A stretch of DNA of 64,000 bases from a virus (IMGVR_UViG_3300042901_002137:5865-69864), one strand, 5' to 3'; shown: positions 1 through 8,806, counted from the stretch's first letter. Program-made: numbers and translations. Notes: a model not told the origin generated them from the sequence alone.

Positions 1-23
1 AGATAGTTAAATTATATTACAAC

Positions 24-1367
24 TCAAATAAAACCTTTTGGGTTATTTAGAAATTCTTCAAAATCATTAATATCAACATTCAGTCCCTTTAAATAATGAC
101 TTGGAGTAGAAACTTTCATACGAACAACATTTTTATTTGGATTAAAATCTAATATTTGAACTTTAATATCGTTTCCAAGGTCTCGTTTTGTAACCGAATC
201 AATATCAAACCCAAATTTATTCATGATTGTGTGGAACTTTGTATAAGATTCTATATTCTCGTCTAATTTTTCAATCATATTTTCCAAATGTTTAACTGAG
301 ACTTCAGTCATTTGGTCTCTATCAAAATATTCAATGTTTTCAAATTCATATCTTGATTCATCAAAACCAGCAAATTTGACATCAATTAAAATTTCCGAGA
401 TAATTTTTTGTATGGAATCCTTAGCCCCCAACGCATAGATGTTTTCCATTCTCATTAAAGAATACAAAGTGGATGCTTTGAGTGATATGGTTTCATCTTC
501 CCAATCAACACGAATCCCATATGGGTCAAACGCCGCCTTTGTTTCTTTTTCCACAGCATCTTTAGTGGCCAATTTAACCTCCTCATTTCTAAGATTAACA
601 TATTCATTCAAAATTTCATCAACCTCTTCCCTGAAATAGGTAAACATAATATCATTTACATCGGACCAATCCCGCTCACCGGCAGTTGAAAAATTAAAAT
701 CGGGTTTGAGTTTTTTGATAAGTTCATAATACTTTTCCTTTGCATTATCCCGAAATATGAAATTACTCAACCACCCACCATCTAACCAATTATCCTTAGC
801 AACCTCATATTCATCAAGGTCATAATCGTTGTCAGAATAAACAGCTCTAATAACCCAAGGGTCACCCTCACCCAACGCCTCTGTCTCAACCAAATCGTCA
901 AAATCGATGTCAAAATAAATTATAGAATCTCCAATAGGATTTTTACTATAAATTCTACCAATATCAGAATGCCTTGACATCAAAGCATTAGCAGATATGG
1001 TATCGGTTAAAAACCTTCTTAAATCCTTAATAAAAAATTTTCTATTGTTTGTTAAACCATCAACAAAATGTCTGATATCATAGTTAAAAATGTTGTTAAC
1101 GGACAACAAATCCCTGTCATCAAAGAAAATAAAAGCATAATCGTAAGGACCAACAGAAGCAAAACCAATGTCAGAGACAGTATCATCTCTTAATTTCAAA
1201 TTCTTCAACATGAAAAATCCATTACCCGACAACGACTTCTTTACAAAGTCAGTATCCTCACCACCCTTACATAAGGTCGGATAGTCCTCACAAACACTAC
1301 TCATACTCAGATACTCAACAACTTCACCCGCACCAGTAGAGAGAATCTTCCTTATCTTCTTTGCCAT
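24..1367 (-). CDS. hypothetical protein (~447 aa)
   Basis: Long ORF; start moved to MAKKIRK because a TATTTAT motif (1373-1379) and a divergent promoter lie in the upstream extension. Confidence 0.8.
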   Translation of the reverse strand: MAKKIRKILSTGAGEVVEYLSMSSVCEDYPTLCKGGEDTDFVKKSLSGNGFFMLKNLKLRDDTVSDIGFASVGPYDYAFIFFDDRDLLSVNNIFNYDIRHFVDGLTNNRKFFIKDLRRFLTDTISANALMSRHSDIGRIYSKNPIGDSIIYFDIDFDDLVETEALGEGDPWVIRAVYSDNDYDLDEYEVAKDNWLDGGWLSNFIFRDNAKEKYYELIKKLKPDFNFSTAGERDWSDVNDIMFTYFREEVDEILNEYVNLRNEEVKLATKDAVEKETKAAFDPYGIRVDWEDETISLKASTLYSLMRMENIYALGAKDSIQKIISEILIDVKFAGFDESRYEFENIEYFDRDQMTEVSVKHLENMIEKLDENIESYTKFHTIMNKFGFDIDSVTKRDLGNDIKVQILDFNPNKNVVRMKVSTPSHYLKGLNVDINDFEEFLNNPKGFI

Positions 1368-1402
1368 ATAATATAAATACTTATAAGAACAAAGATTAAC
1401 GA

Positions 1403-1433
1403 TTTGGTATTTCATACTTATTTATTATCTTTG
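1403..1433 (+). promoter_or_regulatory. Bacteroidota housekeeping-sigma promoter (-33 TTTG / -7 TATCTTTG)
   Basis: TTTG 1403-1406, 19-nt spacer, TATCTTTG 1426-1433; matches TTTG-N19-21-TAnnTTTG consensus. Confidence 0.8.
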
Positions 1434-1439
1434 TAGAAC

Positions 1440-1520
1440 AAATCACGGGTGGCTCCCTTAATAGTTAAGGCTGACCTTAAGCATCTGACGTTATGTCTAT
1501 ACAGGGGGCGAAAGTGATTT
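1440..1520 (+). ncRNA. unassigned structured RNA in tmRNA leader
   Basis: AAATCAC/GTGATTT closing stem, GCTCCCT/AGGGGGC stem, TTAAGG-CTGA-CCTTAA and GAC-GTTAT-GTC hairpins. Confidence 0.5.
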
Positions 1521-1524
1521 TAAT

Positions 1525-1536
1525 GTTCTTTGAAAA
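1525..1536 (+). promoter_or_regulatory. boxA-like antitermination element
   Basis: GTTCTTTGAAAA just upstream of tmRNA; near-identical copies precede two tRNA operons. Confidence 0.5.
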
Positions 1537-1539
1537 TAT

Positions 1540-1951
1540 GGGGGTGCCTTGGTATCGATTGGCAGTATTAGTCATCGGGGGCATGCAGTGAGACGTTCTC
1601 TATCACTATAATACACGGGGATAATTTTTAAGTGGCAACACTTTCGCAAAGCTTCAGGCTGTAGGTCTTCTTGCAACTGAAGAAGTTACTGTAGCCTAAG
1701 CTATAGTGACAATTGGGTCGATGGACATATAACCTAGAAACAGAAGTCTTTAAGGTGTGGTTTCTACCCAAAAAGAAATGGAGGTACCGTTTGGTGTTCT
1801 ACCGATTTAAGTGAACACCCCACAGTTGTTGGTGACGATGGAAAAATTGGAACCAAATATTTCGGAGGGTTAAACAAACCCTGACCTAAGCATGTAGTCC
1901 CTTATGGGTAGACTGAGCAAGACAGGGGTTCGACTCCCCTCACCTCCACCA
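1540..1951 (+). ncRNA. ssrA: tmRNA
   Basis: GGGGGTG/CACCTCC acceptor with G3.U70, GGTTCGACTCC T-arm, ACCA 3' end; internal tag frame 1634-1699 (A)GNTFAKLQAVGLLATEEVTVA* after TAAGT. Confidence 0.93.
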
Positions 1952-1954
1952 TAG

Positions 1955-1986
1955 AAAACCCATCAAAAATTTTGGTGGGTTTTTTT
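1955..1986 (+). terminator. intrinsic terminator
   Basis: AAAACCCATC/GGTGGGTTTT hairpin plus T tract after tmRNA. Confidence 0.75.
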
Positions 1987-2062
1987 ATTATCCCCCTTGT
2001 CTAAATGACACTTTATATTATATTTATTGTAATCTTAAAAAAATAATATTTAAAAAAAAACC

Positions 2063-2242
2063 ATGAAAAAAGTAATTTTCTCTATCCTCGCAGTAGCCAT
2101 GTTGGCTTCTTGCAGCAACTCAACCGAATCTGTATCAACTGACTCTGTAGGAATTGACACCACAGCTGTTGATACTACAGTAGTTGAATCTGTAGAAGAC
2201 ACAGCGTTTTCTTCTGAGGAAGTCAAAGCTGAATTAAAGTAA
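2063..2242 (+). CDS. small acidic lipoprotein (59 aa, absent from ORF track)
   Basis: MKKVIFSILAVAMLASCSNSTES...; lipobox LASC; TATTTAT at 2021-2027; terminator follows. Confidence 0.8.
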   Translation: MKKVIFSILAVAMLASCSNSTESVSTDSVGIDTTAVDTTVVESVEDTAFSSEEVKAELK

Positions 2243-2262
2243 TTTTAATTAACATTGAATTT

Positions 2263-2290
2263 AAAAAGGGTTCCTTGTGAACCCTTTTTT
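2263..2290 (+). terminator. intrinsic terminator
   Basis: AAAAAGGGTT/GACCCTTTTTT. Confidence 0.7.
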
Positions 2291-2305
2291 TATTATATTA
2301 GTCAT

Positions 2306-2701
2306 ATGGGAAATCATTGTAACATTTGTAGTTTTAATTGTTGGGGTCGTAAAGGATATGATGCCAGTTGTTGTACTTTAGAAGACAGGAATTGGATTAT
2401 TGGTCCTCACACAGACACCGAAGCATTCTTGGGTAGACTATCAGAAAGAATTGGACGTACAGTTGAATTCAAAGAAGTATTTTACGATTATGAGGAAGGT
2501 CATAAAAAGTTCCCTGACAAAGAAGTTTGGCAAAGTGCTGGTAACTATCCGGCAATTAGGGTTGATGAGGAAAATAAGAGACTCCCATGTGTGAATTATA
2601 ACATTGCAACTCGTAGTTGTATGGTTTATGATATTCGTCCACAAATTTGTAGAGATTTTGTTTGTGATTATTTGGAGAGAGAACTATTGATGAACGAATA
2701 A
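2306..2701 (+). CDS. YkgJ-family cysteine-cluster protein
   Basis: CxxC...CC N-terminus and C..Y..RP.ICR.F.C C-terminus; start trimmed to MGNHC. Confidence 0.75.
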   Translation: MGNHCNICSFNCWGRKGYDASCCTLEDRNWIIGPHTDTEAFLGRLSERIGRTVEFKEVFYDYEEGHKKFPDKEVWQSAGNYPAIRVDEENKRLPCVNYNIATRSCMVYDIRPQICRDFVCDYLERELLMNE

Positions 2702-2726
2702 TTATTAATATATTTGTAAAATATTC

Positions 2727-2813
2727 GGAGGTTTGGCAGAGCGGTCGAATGCGTCAGTCTTGAAAACTGAAGATGTTGAAAGGCATCCTGGGGTTCGAAT
2801 CCCTAAGCCTCCG
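2727..2813 (+). tRNA. tRNA-Ser(TGA)
   Basis: Cloverleaf, TCAGT-CTTGAAA-ACTGA, long variable arm; TATATTTG promoter 2709-2716. Confidence 0.95.
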
Positions 2814-2816
2814 CTG

Positions 2817-2849
2817 AAATCTTGGGACAACATCCCAAGATTTTTTTTT
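2817..2849 (+). terminator. intrinsic terminator
   Basis: AAATCTTGGGA/TCCCAAGATTT plus T tract. Confidence 0.8.
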
Positions 2850-2886
2850 GTTTGACATTTCCAAGTTTTAAACCTAACATTGTTAC

Positions 2887-3219
2887 ATGGAACTATTTAA
2901 AGAATTTTTAGAAAAAATAAGAAGTGGAATTAAAGTAATAATGAACTACTTCTTCATTATCGTCGGGATGGCGGTGTTTTTCACACTTGGTTATTACTAC
3001 AACACCCTTAGAGAACTACCCAAAATGGGAAAACCTAATTTCATCATGAGAGATGAAGTCACGATTGCCGTTGATGAGGCGAACAACGCCATGGTCATCA
3101 ACAAAAAAGACGGAACCTACTTTGTATTAGAAGAAGGTATCGGTAAAACAATTTTTAATGTTTATGCACGTAATCTTTGGGGTCAACACGACGCACCTAA
3201 AGCACCCGTAACTCCATGA
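2887..3219 (+). CDS. single-TM hypothetical protein
   Basis: ORF with hydrophobic helix; ATGA overlap with next gene. Confidence 0.7.
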   Translation: MELFKEFLEKIRSGIKVIMNYFFIIVGMAVFFTLGYYYNTLRELPKMGKPNFIMRDEVTIAVDEANNAMVINKKDGTYFVLEEGIGKTIFNVYARNLWGQHDAPKAPVTP

Positions 3220-3761
3220 GTATTAAAAACACCATAAGGACCATAATTACCACACTCGTGATTTTTATTCTCGGGTGTGGTTATTTCCTTTATAATATTG
3301 AACGTGATTTGTCTGAACATGAAATTTACCAAATGGGTAAAGAAGACAGTTCTCCAACATCACTTCATATGTATTACTTATTGATTAACGCATCCAAAAA
3401 GTACGATATACCAAAATACATCTTATTTAACGTTGCGTATTTGGAAACAGGTTACAAGGGTCCTTTTCATTGGCAGTACAATCCATATCAAACATCTTTT
3501 GCGGGAGCTCAGGGTCCAATGCAAATCATCACAAGATGGTCTCACTCATATGCCGGTCGCACGTTAACACCCAAGGAATTGAGAACGGATTTGAAACTGA
3601 ATATTGACGTGAGTTGTAAAATGTTGGTAAAATTAAAAAAAATGTATAAACGTTGGGACTTGGCTCTTGGGTTCTATAACACTGGTTATCCAAATGTTAA
3701 CCACTACGCACAATATGCCAGCTCCACCTACAATTACAAACAAAAGTGGATTAGACCATAA
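3216..3761 (+). CDS. lytic transglycosylase (SLT domain) with N-terminal anchor
   Basis: Catalytic ET (YLETG), GPMQI and ALGFYNTG motifs. Confidence 0.85.
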   Translation: MSIKNTIRTIITTLVIFILGCGYFLYNIERDLSEHEIYQMGKEDSSPTSLHMYYLLINASKKYDIPKYILFNVAYLETGYKGPFHWQYNPYQTSFAGAQGPMQIITRWSHSYAGRTLTPKELRTDLKLNIDVSCKMLVKLKKMYKRWDLALGFYNTGYPNVNHYAQYASSTYNYKQKWIRP

Positions 3762-3810
3762 TTATTATTTGGTAATTCAAATTTCTGTTGTATATTTGTA
3801 GTATCAAAAT

Positions 3811-3884
3811 GTCTCCGTAGCTCAGCTGGATAGAGCAACGCACTTCTAATGCGTAGGTCGCAGGTTCGAATCCTGCCGGGGATA
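3811..3884 (+). tRNA. tRNA-Arg(TCT)
   Basis: Cloverleaf, ACGCA-CTTCTAA-TGCGT; promoter TTTG 3768-3771 / TATATTTG 3791-3798. Confidence 0.95.
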
Positions 3885-3888
3885 CAAA

Positions 3889-4077
3889 ATGACAAAAGAA
3901 CAAATCCTTCAAGCAAGATATTCAGGTATTGCACCTGAAGGGTTTGTTTTATTGACTGAAGAAGCGATGGAGAAGTTGAGAGACTTTGACACTTGGAAAA
4001 AATGGAAAAACAACGAAATCTCTTTAATTGAGTTAGAATATGAAACAAATACTGATTCTACTAACATTCCTGATTAG
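3889..4077 (+). CDS. hypothetical protein
   Basis: 62-aa ORF starting 4 nt after tRNA-Arg. Confidence 0.6.
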   Translation: MTKEQILQARYSGIAPEGFVLLTEEAMEKLRDFDTWKKWKNNEISLIELEYETNTDSTNIPD

Positions 4078-4468
4078 TCTGACGGCTAAATCACAATCCT
4101 CAGCAATTGTTTATATTCCAAGTGATTATTCCGTAATCGGGATTTATAAACCAAATCAAAAAACAGGGTTTTATTTAGGTGGTAGGTATATCTTTTCCGT
4201 ACCTGCACAATACTCCTACACAACACCTTACTCATACGTGAACCGATTTGGTGTTGATATATCACTTACACGTGGTACTTCCTTAATGGGTGGTGGATGT
4301 TTTACCGAAGCACCATCATTTATAAACACAAAGTTTATCCCCGAACTATGGGTTAGAAGTAATTTGGTTCAATTGTTTACAAATAAGGATAAAAATTTGG
4401 ACTTGACACTGATGGTTCGTATTTCTAAAGAATTTTACTATGGTCTTGGACTTAATTACCCGATTTAA
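4040..4468 (+). CDS. secreted hypothetical protein
   Basis: Sec-type signal MKQILILLTFLISLTAKSQ; aromatic C-terminal strand. Confidence 0.7.
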   Translation: MKQILILLTFLISLTAKSQSSAIVYIPSDYSVIGIYKPNQKTGFYLGGRYIFSVPAQYSYTTPYSYVNRFGVDISLTRGTSLMGGGCFTEAPSFINTKFIPELWVRSNLVQLFTNKDKNLDLTLMVRISKEFYYGLGLNYPI

Positions 4469-4985
4469 ATACATCTTTTTAATTGTATTTCTCTTTTCAT
4501 CCTGTGAGATGTATGTCACAGAAAAAAAGACAGTTACCTTAAGTGGGAAGTATGTGATATCCAAAGTAAGGGTACAGTCTGCAGACCAAAACATGTCATC
4601 AGATACTAACTACCTTACAATGGACATAGTTCACACTGTAATGCCATACCCATTTGATACTTTTATGGTTGATGATTTATTTATCCATTTTGATTATTCA
4701 CAAGTTATGTTGAATTTGGAGGGAGTTCAATCAGGTGGACGAGATGTTTGGGAAATAGGTCCTCACAAGTATTGGATATTTAATTCAACACCATATTATT
4801 CAGGTGATTTACAGTTTTCTTATGAGTATACCAAAGGTGGACAATTACACAAACCAACTTTAACTTTCTCTATTGAAGATGATGGTTTAGAACACATTCA
4901 ACTTAAATCAAAAGGAGTTTGGCCCAATAAAGAGTTTGGTGAACAGGTAATTATCACTTTTTTCTTGATGAGAGTGGGTCCATAA
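4440..4985 (+). CDS. putative lipoprotein
   Basis: Hydrophobic stretch ending FSSC. Confidence 0.65.
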   Translation: MVLDLITRFKYIFLIVFLFSSCEMYVTEKKTVTLSGKYVISKVRVQSADQNMSSDTNYLTMDIVHTVMPYPFDTFMVDDLFIHFDYSQVMLNLEGVQSGGRDVWEIGPHKYWIFNSTPYYSGDLQFSYEYTKGGQLHKPTLTFSIEDDGLEHIQLKSKGVWPNKEFGEQVIITFFLMRVGP

Positions 4986-5039
4986 CCAATTTTTTTATTT
5001 GATAATATAATTATTATTTGTATATTTGTATGACAATAA

Positions 5040-5112
5040 GCCACAGTAGCTCAGTTGGTAGAGCTTCTGATTTGTAATCAGATGGTCGGGGGTTCGAGTC
5101 CCTCCTGTGGCT
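5040..5112 (+). tRNA. tRNA-Thr(TGT)
   Basis: Cloverleaf, TCTGA-TTTGTAA-TCAGA; promoter TTTG 4998-5001 / TATATTTG 5021-5028. Confidence 0.95.
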
Positions 5113-5116
5113 CAAA

Positions 5117-5284
5117 ATGAATGGTGAATCTTTAATATCTGAAAATGTAATGTCTGAAGACCACTTGGACGCTATGTTCACAATTCTTAATGAGTTGGGA
5201 GATGATATTAAAGACAACGAAAAAAAAGAAGTGTGGGTCTGTGAGTGGGACAATGTTCACGGAGACATGGTATTCTTTAGATAA
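5117..5284 (+). CDS. small acidic protein between tRNAs (55 aa, absent from ORF track)
   Basis: MNGESLISEN...MVFFR*; fills the Thr-Gly spacer exactly. Confidence 0.6.
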   Translation: MNGESLISENVMSEDHLDAMFTILNELGDDIKDNEKKEVWVCEWDNVHGDMVFFR

Positions 5285-5357
5285 GCGGGAGTAGCTCAGT
5301 TGGTAGAGCGACAGCCTTCCAAGCTGTAAGTCGCCAGTTCGAATCTGGTCTCCCGCT
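5285..5357 (+). tRNA. tRNA-Gly(TCC)
   Basis: Cloverleaf, ACAGC-CTTCCAA-GCTGT. Confidence 0.95.
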
Positions 5358-5362
5358 CTAAG

Positions 5363-5416
5363 TAGACCTTAAAAAGGGCCCTTCCGTCTTTGAACGGCTT
5401 GTTGGGCCCGGGTCTA
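5363..5416 (+). ncRNA. structured spacer RNA between tRNA-Gly genes
   Basis: Nested TAGACC/GGTCTA, GGGCCC/GGGCCC, CCGT/ACGG stems. Confidence 0.45.
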
Positions 5417-5424
5417 TTTTTATT

Positions 5425-5497
5425 GCGAGAGTAGCTCAGTTGGTAGAGTACGACCTTGCCAAGGTCGGTGTCGCGAGTTCGAATCTCGTCTCTCGCT
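5425..5497 (+). tRNA. tRNA-Gly(GCC)
   Basis: Cloverleaf, CGACC-TTGCCAA-GGTCG. Confidence 0.95.
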
Positions 5498-5528
5498 CAA
5501 GTTTAATGTTCGGTATATTTATATTAAT

Positions 5529-6938
5529 ATGAAATCGGTACTTAACGAAGAAATCAATTCAATAAAAAAATTGATGAAAATTACAGAAGAAGAAATTTCT
5601 GTAAAAGATGGTGAGTATAGTATCATTACTACTGATGGTGATGCAACCAGTACTGATAAGATTAACAAAGCTTTATTAGATGATATTGAGGCAGCGGCAA
5701 AAATGGCAGGAGTTAAACCTGTAATTACCACAGCATCGTCAGGACACTCAGAAAAAACCATTAGTGGGACTCGTAGTAGACATTCAGACCGAACTGCAGT
5801 TGATATTGCCATTATAGATGGTATTAACTCAGGTGGTGCTAAAGATGAAAAATCAGGAAGTTCTAATTTTAGAAATAAAGGAAACAAACTAAAAGATGCT
5901 TTGGTTTCCATGGGTTATAAGTTAAACTCTGAATCAGGTAATCCAAAGGCAGTCTTGTGGCAGACAAATTTGGGTGGTAATCATTATAACCATTTACACG
6001 TTTCAAACACAAATCCATCACCATCAACAACAACTACACCAAACACAACAGAACCTAGTAAAGAAAATCCATTGTCAAATATTTTTGGTTCAAAAGGAAC
6101 TGAAAACATATCAGGAGCCGTAGATTTATTATCTAAACTTCAGAAAAAGTTTTATTTACAAGAAGAATCAGTTTCATATACCAAACGTATTTCTAAAGAA
6201 AATAAAAATATCGTATCTTATGTTGACGGTGAAATTGTTAATGTAAATTATGGTTCATGTGAAGATTATGTAACAATATATTTTGTAAAAAAGTTCAAAG
6301 GTTATTTCTTAACTTATTGTGGTATTGAGAACATAAGAGTAAGAGAAGGTCAAAAAGTTGAGCCAAACAGTATTTTAGGATACAGCTTAGACCCTGTAAC
6401 AATATATTTTTATGACTCAAACGGTAAACCATTACCGATATCATACTTTTTTGAGATAACTGATAGAGTAAAAAAAGATGATGGTGAAAAGTCGCAAAGA
6501 AAATCTAAAGATAGGCAAACCGCAACAGGTAGAGCGTTTGACAGAGCACAAAAAGAAAATTTGGCAGGATTTACTCTATCAATGGCAAATCATTTTTTGA
6601 ATCCGTTCACCAATCGTTATGATGATAAAGGAAAAAAAGTTTCATCCGCACCTGTATTGAACCCATTTAAAAAAGAATTCTATACCCAAATGGTTAGAGA
6701 TAATTTTGAACCTTGGGATGAGAATAAAAATTATAGTGAAGATGATATGGTTACTTATAATGGTGACACATACGTTGCCATACGAGATGTTAAATCAAAT
6801 AGTAAAAACCCTAAAGATTCAGGTGATTGGGAATTAGAGAAAATTCAAGGTAATATTACTCAACTATACAAGTACGATACTCAGTCACCCAACGGAGTGA
6901 ATGAAGAGATTAACCGAATCAAAGAGTTGTTAAAATAA
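5529..6938 (+). CDS. modular cell-wall hydrolase: M15-like peptidase, degenerate M23-like domain, CBM5/12-like domain
   Basis: SRHSDRTAVDI and HYNHLHVS zinc-peptidase motifs; VREGQKVEPNSILG; WDENKNY..DDMVTYNGDTY..W; NEEIN.IK.L at both termini; TATTTAT 5516-5522. Confidence 0.65.
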   Translation: MKSVLNEEINSIKKLMKITEEEISVKDGEYSIITTDGDATSTDKINKALLDDIEAAAKMAGVKPVITTASSGHSEKTISGTRSRHSDRTAVDIAIIDGINSGGAKDEKSGSSNFRNKGNKLKDALVSMGYKLNSESGNPKAVLWQTNLGGNHYNHLHVSNTNPSPSTTTTPNTTEPSKENPLSNIFGSKGTENISGAVDLLSKLQKKFYLQEESVSYTKRISKENKNIVSYVDGEIVNVNYGSCEDYVTIYFVKKFKGYFLTYCGIENIRVREGQKVEPNSILGYSLDPVTIYFYDSNGKPLPISYFFEITDRVKKDDGEKSQRKSKDRQTATGRAFDRAQKENLAGFTLSMANHFLNPFTNRYDDKGKKVSSAPVLNPFKKEFYTQMVRDNFEPWDENKNYSEDDMVTYNGDTYVAIRDVKSNSKNPKDSGDWELEKIQGNITQLYKYDTQSPNGVNEEINRIKELLK

Positions 6939-6963
6939 AAAAGGGACTTATGTCCCTTTTTTT
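6937..6963. terminator. bidirectional intrinsic terminator
   Basis: AAAAAGGGAC-TTAT-GTCCCTTTTT between convergent units. Confidence 0.8.
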
Positions 6964-6966
6964 ATG

Positions 6967-7052
6967 CGGTGGGTGAGGGGCTCGAACCCTCGCGGCTGTT
7001 ACACCCTAACAGTTTAGCAAACTGCCCCCTTCACCAACTTGGGTAACCCACC
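6967..7052 (-). tRNA. tRNA-Ser(GCT)
   Basis: Cloverleaf, GCAGT-TTGCTAA-ACTGT, long variable arm. Confidence 0.95.
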
Positions 7053-7057
7053 AACAC

Positions 7058-7708
7058 TTATTCCTCCTCGTCTAAATCATAGACACCATCGTTCACATCC
7101 TCAAGAGTGAATACATAGATATCCAAAGATTTTCCGTTAATCCACTCATCTTCAAAGTCTTTTTCCAACTCCTGATTCTTATAGAACATCTTATCCATAT
7201 ATTCATAATCAAACACAGGTGACTCCAAAGAGTGTGTGGTAAATCCGAAATCTTCAACCACAGGAACCTCATCAGATTCTATAATGTAATTACTAAGGGT
7301 ACCTTTAACATCCTCAATAACACAGAGAATGTTTTCATGACCATCGTGAGGATACGCGTCAATACTCTCCATTAAATTTTCAAAATCTTTAGGGAGACCG
7401 TATTTCTCATCCAATTCATAAACATCCAAAGTTTCAGTGTGAGGTGTTTCCCACACTACTTCATCGTTTTCGTTTTTTAAAACAAATCGTAATGAGGAGT
7501 TCACGTACGGACGAGATGCCGTCCACCAATTAGTATCACCGTGTTCAAAACTTTCCAAAATTTCAGGAAGTTCTGAATACATTTCAGAATACTCATTATG
7601 TGAGTTTTTATCTTTATAATCACGAAGTTTTTGAACTTCTTCGTTAGTTAGAGTGTGAGCACATCCTTCCATACCCCACCCTAATACACACAATTTATAC
7701 TTAGCCAT
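7058..7708 (-). CDS. hypothetical acidic protein
   Basis: 216-aa ORF. Confidence 0.8.
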   Translation of the reverse strand: MAKYKLCVLGWGMEGCAHTLTNEEVQKLRDYKDKNSHNEYSEMYSELPEILESFEHGDTNWWTASRPYVNSSLRFVLKNENDEVVWETPHTETLDVYELDEKYGLPKDFENLMESIDAYPHDGHENILCVIEDVKGTLSNYIIESDEVPVVEDFGFTTHSLESPVFDYEYMDKMFYKNQELEKDFEDEWINGKSLDIYVFTLEDVNDGVYDLDEEE

Positions 7709-7710
7709 TT

Positions 7711-7875
7711 TTAATTAGAATTAGAATTGTTTAACCAAATGGTATCTCCCGGTTTGAATTCAATCTGAGAAAATACACGACCTTTAATATTGTTATCACT
7801 TTTACAAAGATATTCATTGACATCGTTTGTTGTAGATAAAAAACTAATCACCACACAAAAAATTACTCCTCTCAT
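7711..7875 (-). CDS. small hypothetical protein (54 aa)
   Basis: MRGVIFCVVIS...; tiles between neighbours with ATGA overlap. Confidence 0.5.
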   Translation of the reverse strand: MRGVIFCVVISFLSTTNDVNEYLCKSDNNIKGRVFSQIEFKPGDTIWLNNSNSN

Positions 7876-8024
7876 TGCTCTTCCTCCTCCTCTTCACAAT
7901 TACACATAGGACTAGGTGCTAAAATAATTAAAAGTGCCCACCATGGATTTTGTGTCATCCATATGCACATTCCGATAATACCTAAAAAGGCTAAACTGTA
8001 AATTACGTTTCCAATATTTTTCAT
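7872..8024 (-). CDS. small two-TM protein with acidic tail (50 aa)
   Basis: MKNIGNVIYSLAFLGIIGMCIWMTQNPWWALLIILAPSPMCNCEEEEEEQ*; TAATG overlap. Confidence 0.55.
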   Translation of the reverse strand: MKNIGNVIYSLAFLGIIGMCIWMTQNPWWALLIILAPSPMCNCEEEEEEQ

Positions 8025-8626
8025 TATAGTAGATGTTTTAAAATTTTTTCTTTGATTCCTGATTGTTTGATTCCTTCGTTTGACATGGGGGTATGTACAA
8101 AGTTTGTAAGTCCGGGTTTTTCATCAAGACCGTCTTTATGGGCGAAATGTTTAGACAAGTATTCAACTGACATATCCAAGTCATCAATGGCAACCCAATT
8201 GGTAACTTCAGGATGTTTATTCAGCCAATCCAAGATTTCAATTGAACGTTCAAGTTCCAAGTCTGCTCTAAAACGTAATACTCTCCACAGTTCAGGTTCA
8301 ATCTCTTTAGTTGATGAGGTAAATGCAATCGGTGCTTTTATGATACCCTGTGATAGGTAGTATTCACCAAGTTCCTCTAATGAAGCGTGGTATCTCCAAT
8401 CTGATGATACAACAATTTCAGCACCTGTCTCTTCTAAAATAGAGTTTAGAACTTTAATCGCTTTATCGTTAAAGTTGTCAAAACGGTACTCAACAGGTAA
8501 TTCATAAGCCATTGCGTCAGTAGGTATTAGACCTTTCTTAATACCCTCACGTTTTTTCTTGTTTCTTCCACCCCAATTTTCTGAAAGGCAGATTACACCG
8601 TCGTTATCTAAAAATATAACTTTCAT
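8024..8626 (-). CDS. HAD-superfamily phosphatase (Swiss-Army-knife RNA-repair type)
   Basis: FLDNDGV, VVSSDWR, WVAIDD motifs; TATATTTG 8631-8638. Confidence 0.8.
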   Translation of the reverse strand: MKVIFLDNDGVICLSENWGGRNKKKREGIKKGLIPTDAMAYELPVEYRFDNFNDKAIKVLNSILEETGAEIVVSSDWRYHASLEELGEYYLSQGIIKAPIAFTSSTKEIEPELWRVLRFRADLELERSIEILDWLNKHPEVTNWVAIDDLDMSVEYLSKHFAHKDGLDEKPGLTNFVHTPMSNEGIKQSGIKEKILKHLL

Positions 8627-8644
8627 AAAGCAAATATAATGAAT

Positions 8645-8806
8645 TTATTCTGTTATTTCATCAAGAAATTGAAAATAATATTCTTTTGTCATCAAATGTC
8701 CCGATTTTCCAACAAGGTCACAAAAAAGTCCTTCAGAAATTATTGAATAATCTTTGGTATCAACAAGAACCCACGGATTTATGTCTCTTAAGTCTTTACG
8801 TTTCAT
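8645..8806 (-). CDS. small hypothetical protein
   Basis: Start trimmed to MKRKDL. Confidence 0.5.
   Translation of the reverse strand: MKRKDLRDINPWVLVDTKDYSIISEGLFCDLVGKSGHLMTKEYYFQFLDEITE

Noticed and set aside
1440-1520. Hammerhead or HDV/theta ribozyme reading of the tmRNA leader (CTGACG, GCGAAA)
   Set aside because: Core incomplete: no CUGAnGA-stem II-GAAA arrangement and no P1/P1.1 pseudoknot; kept only as an unknown structure
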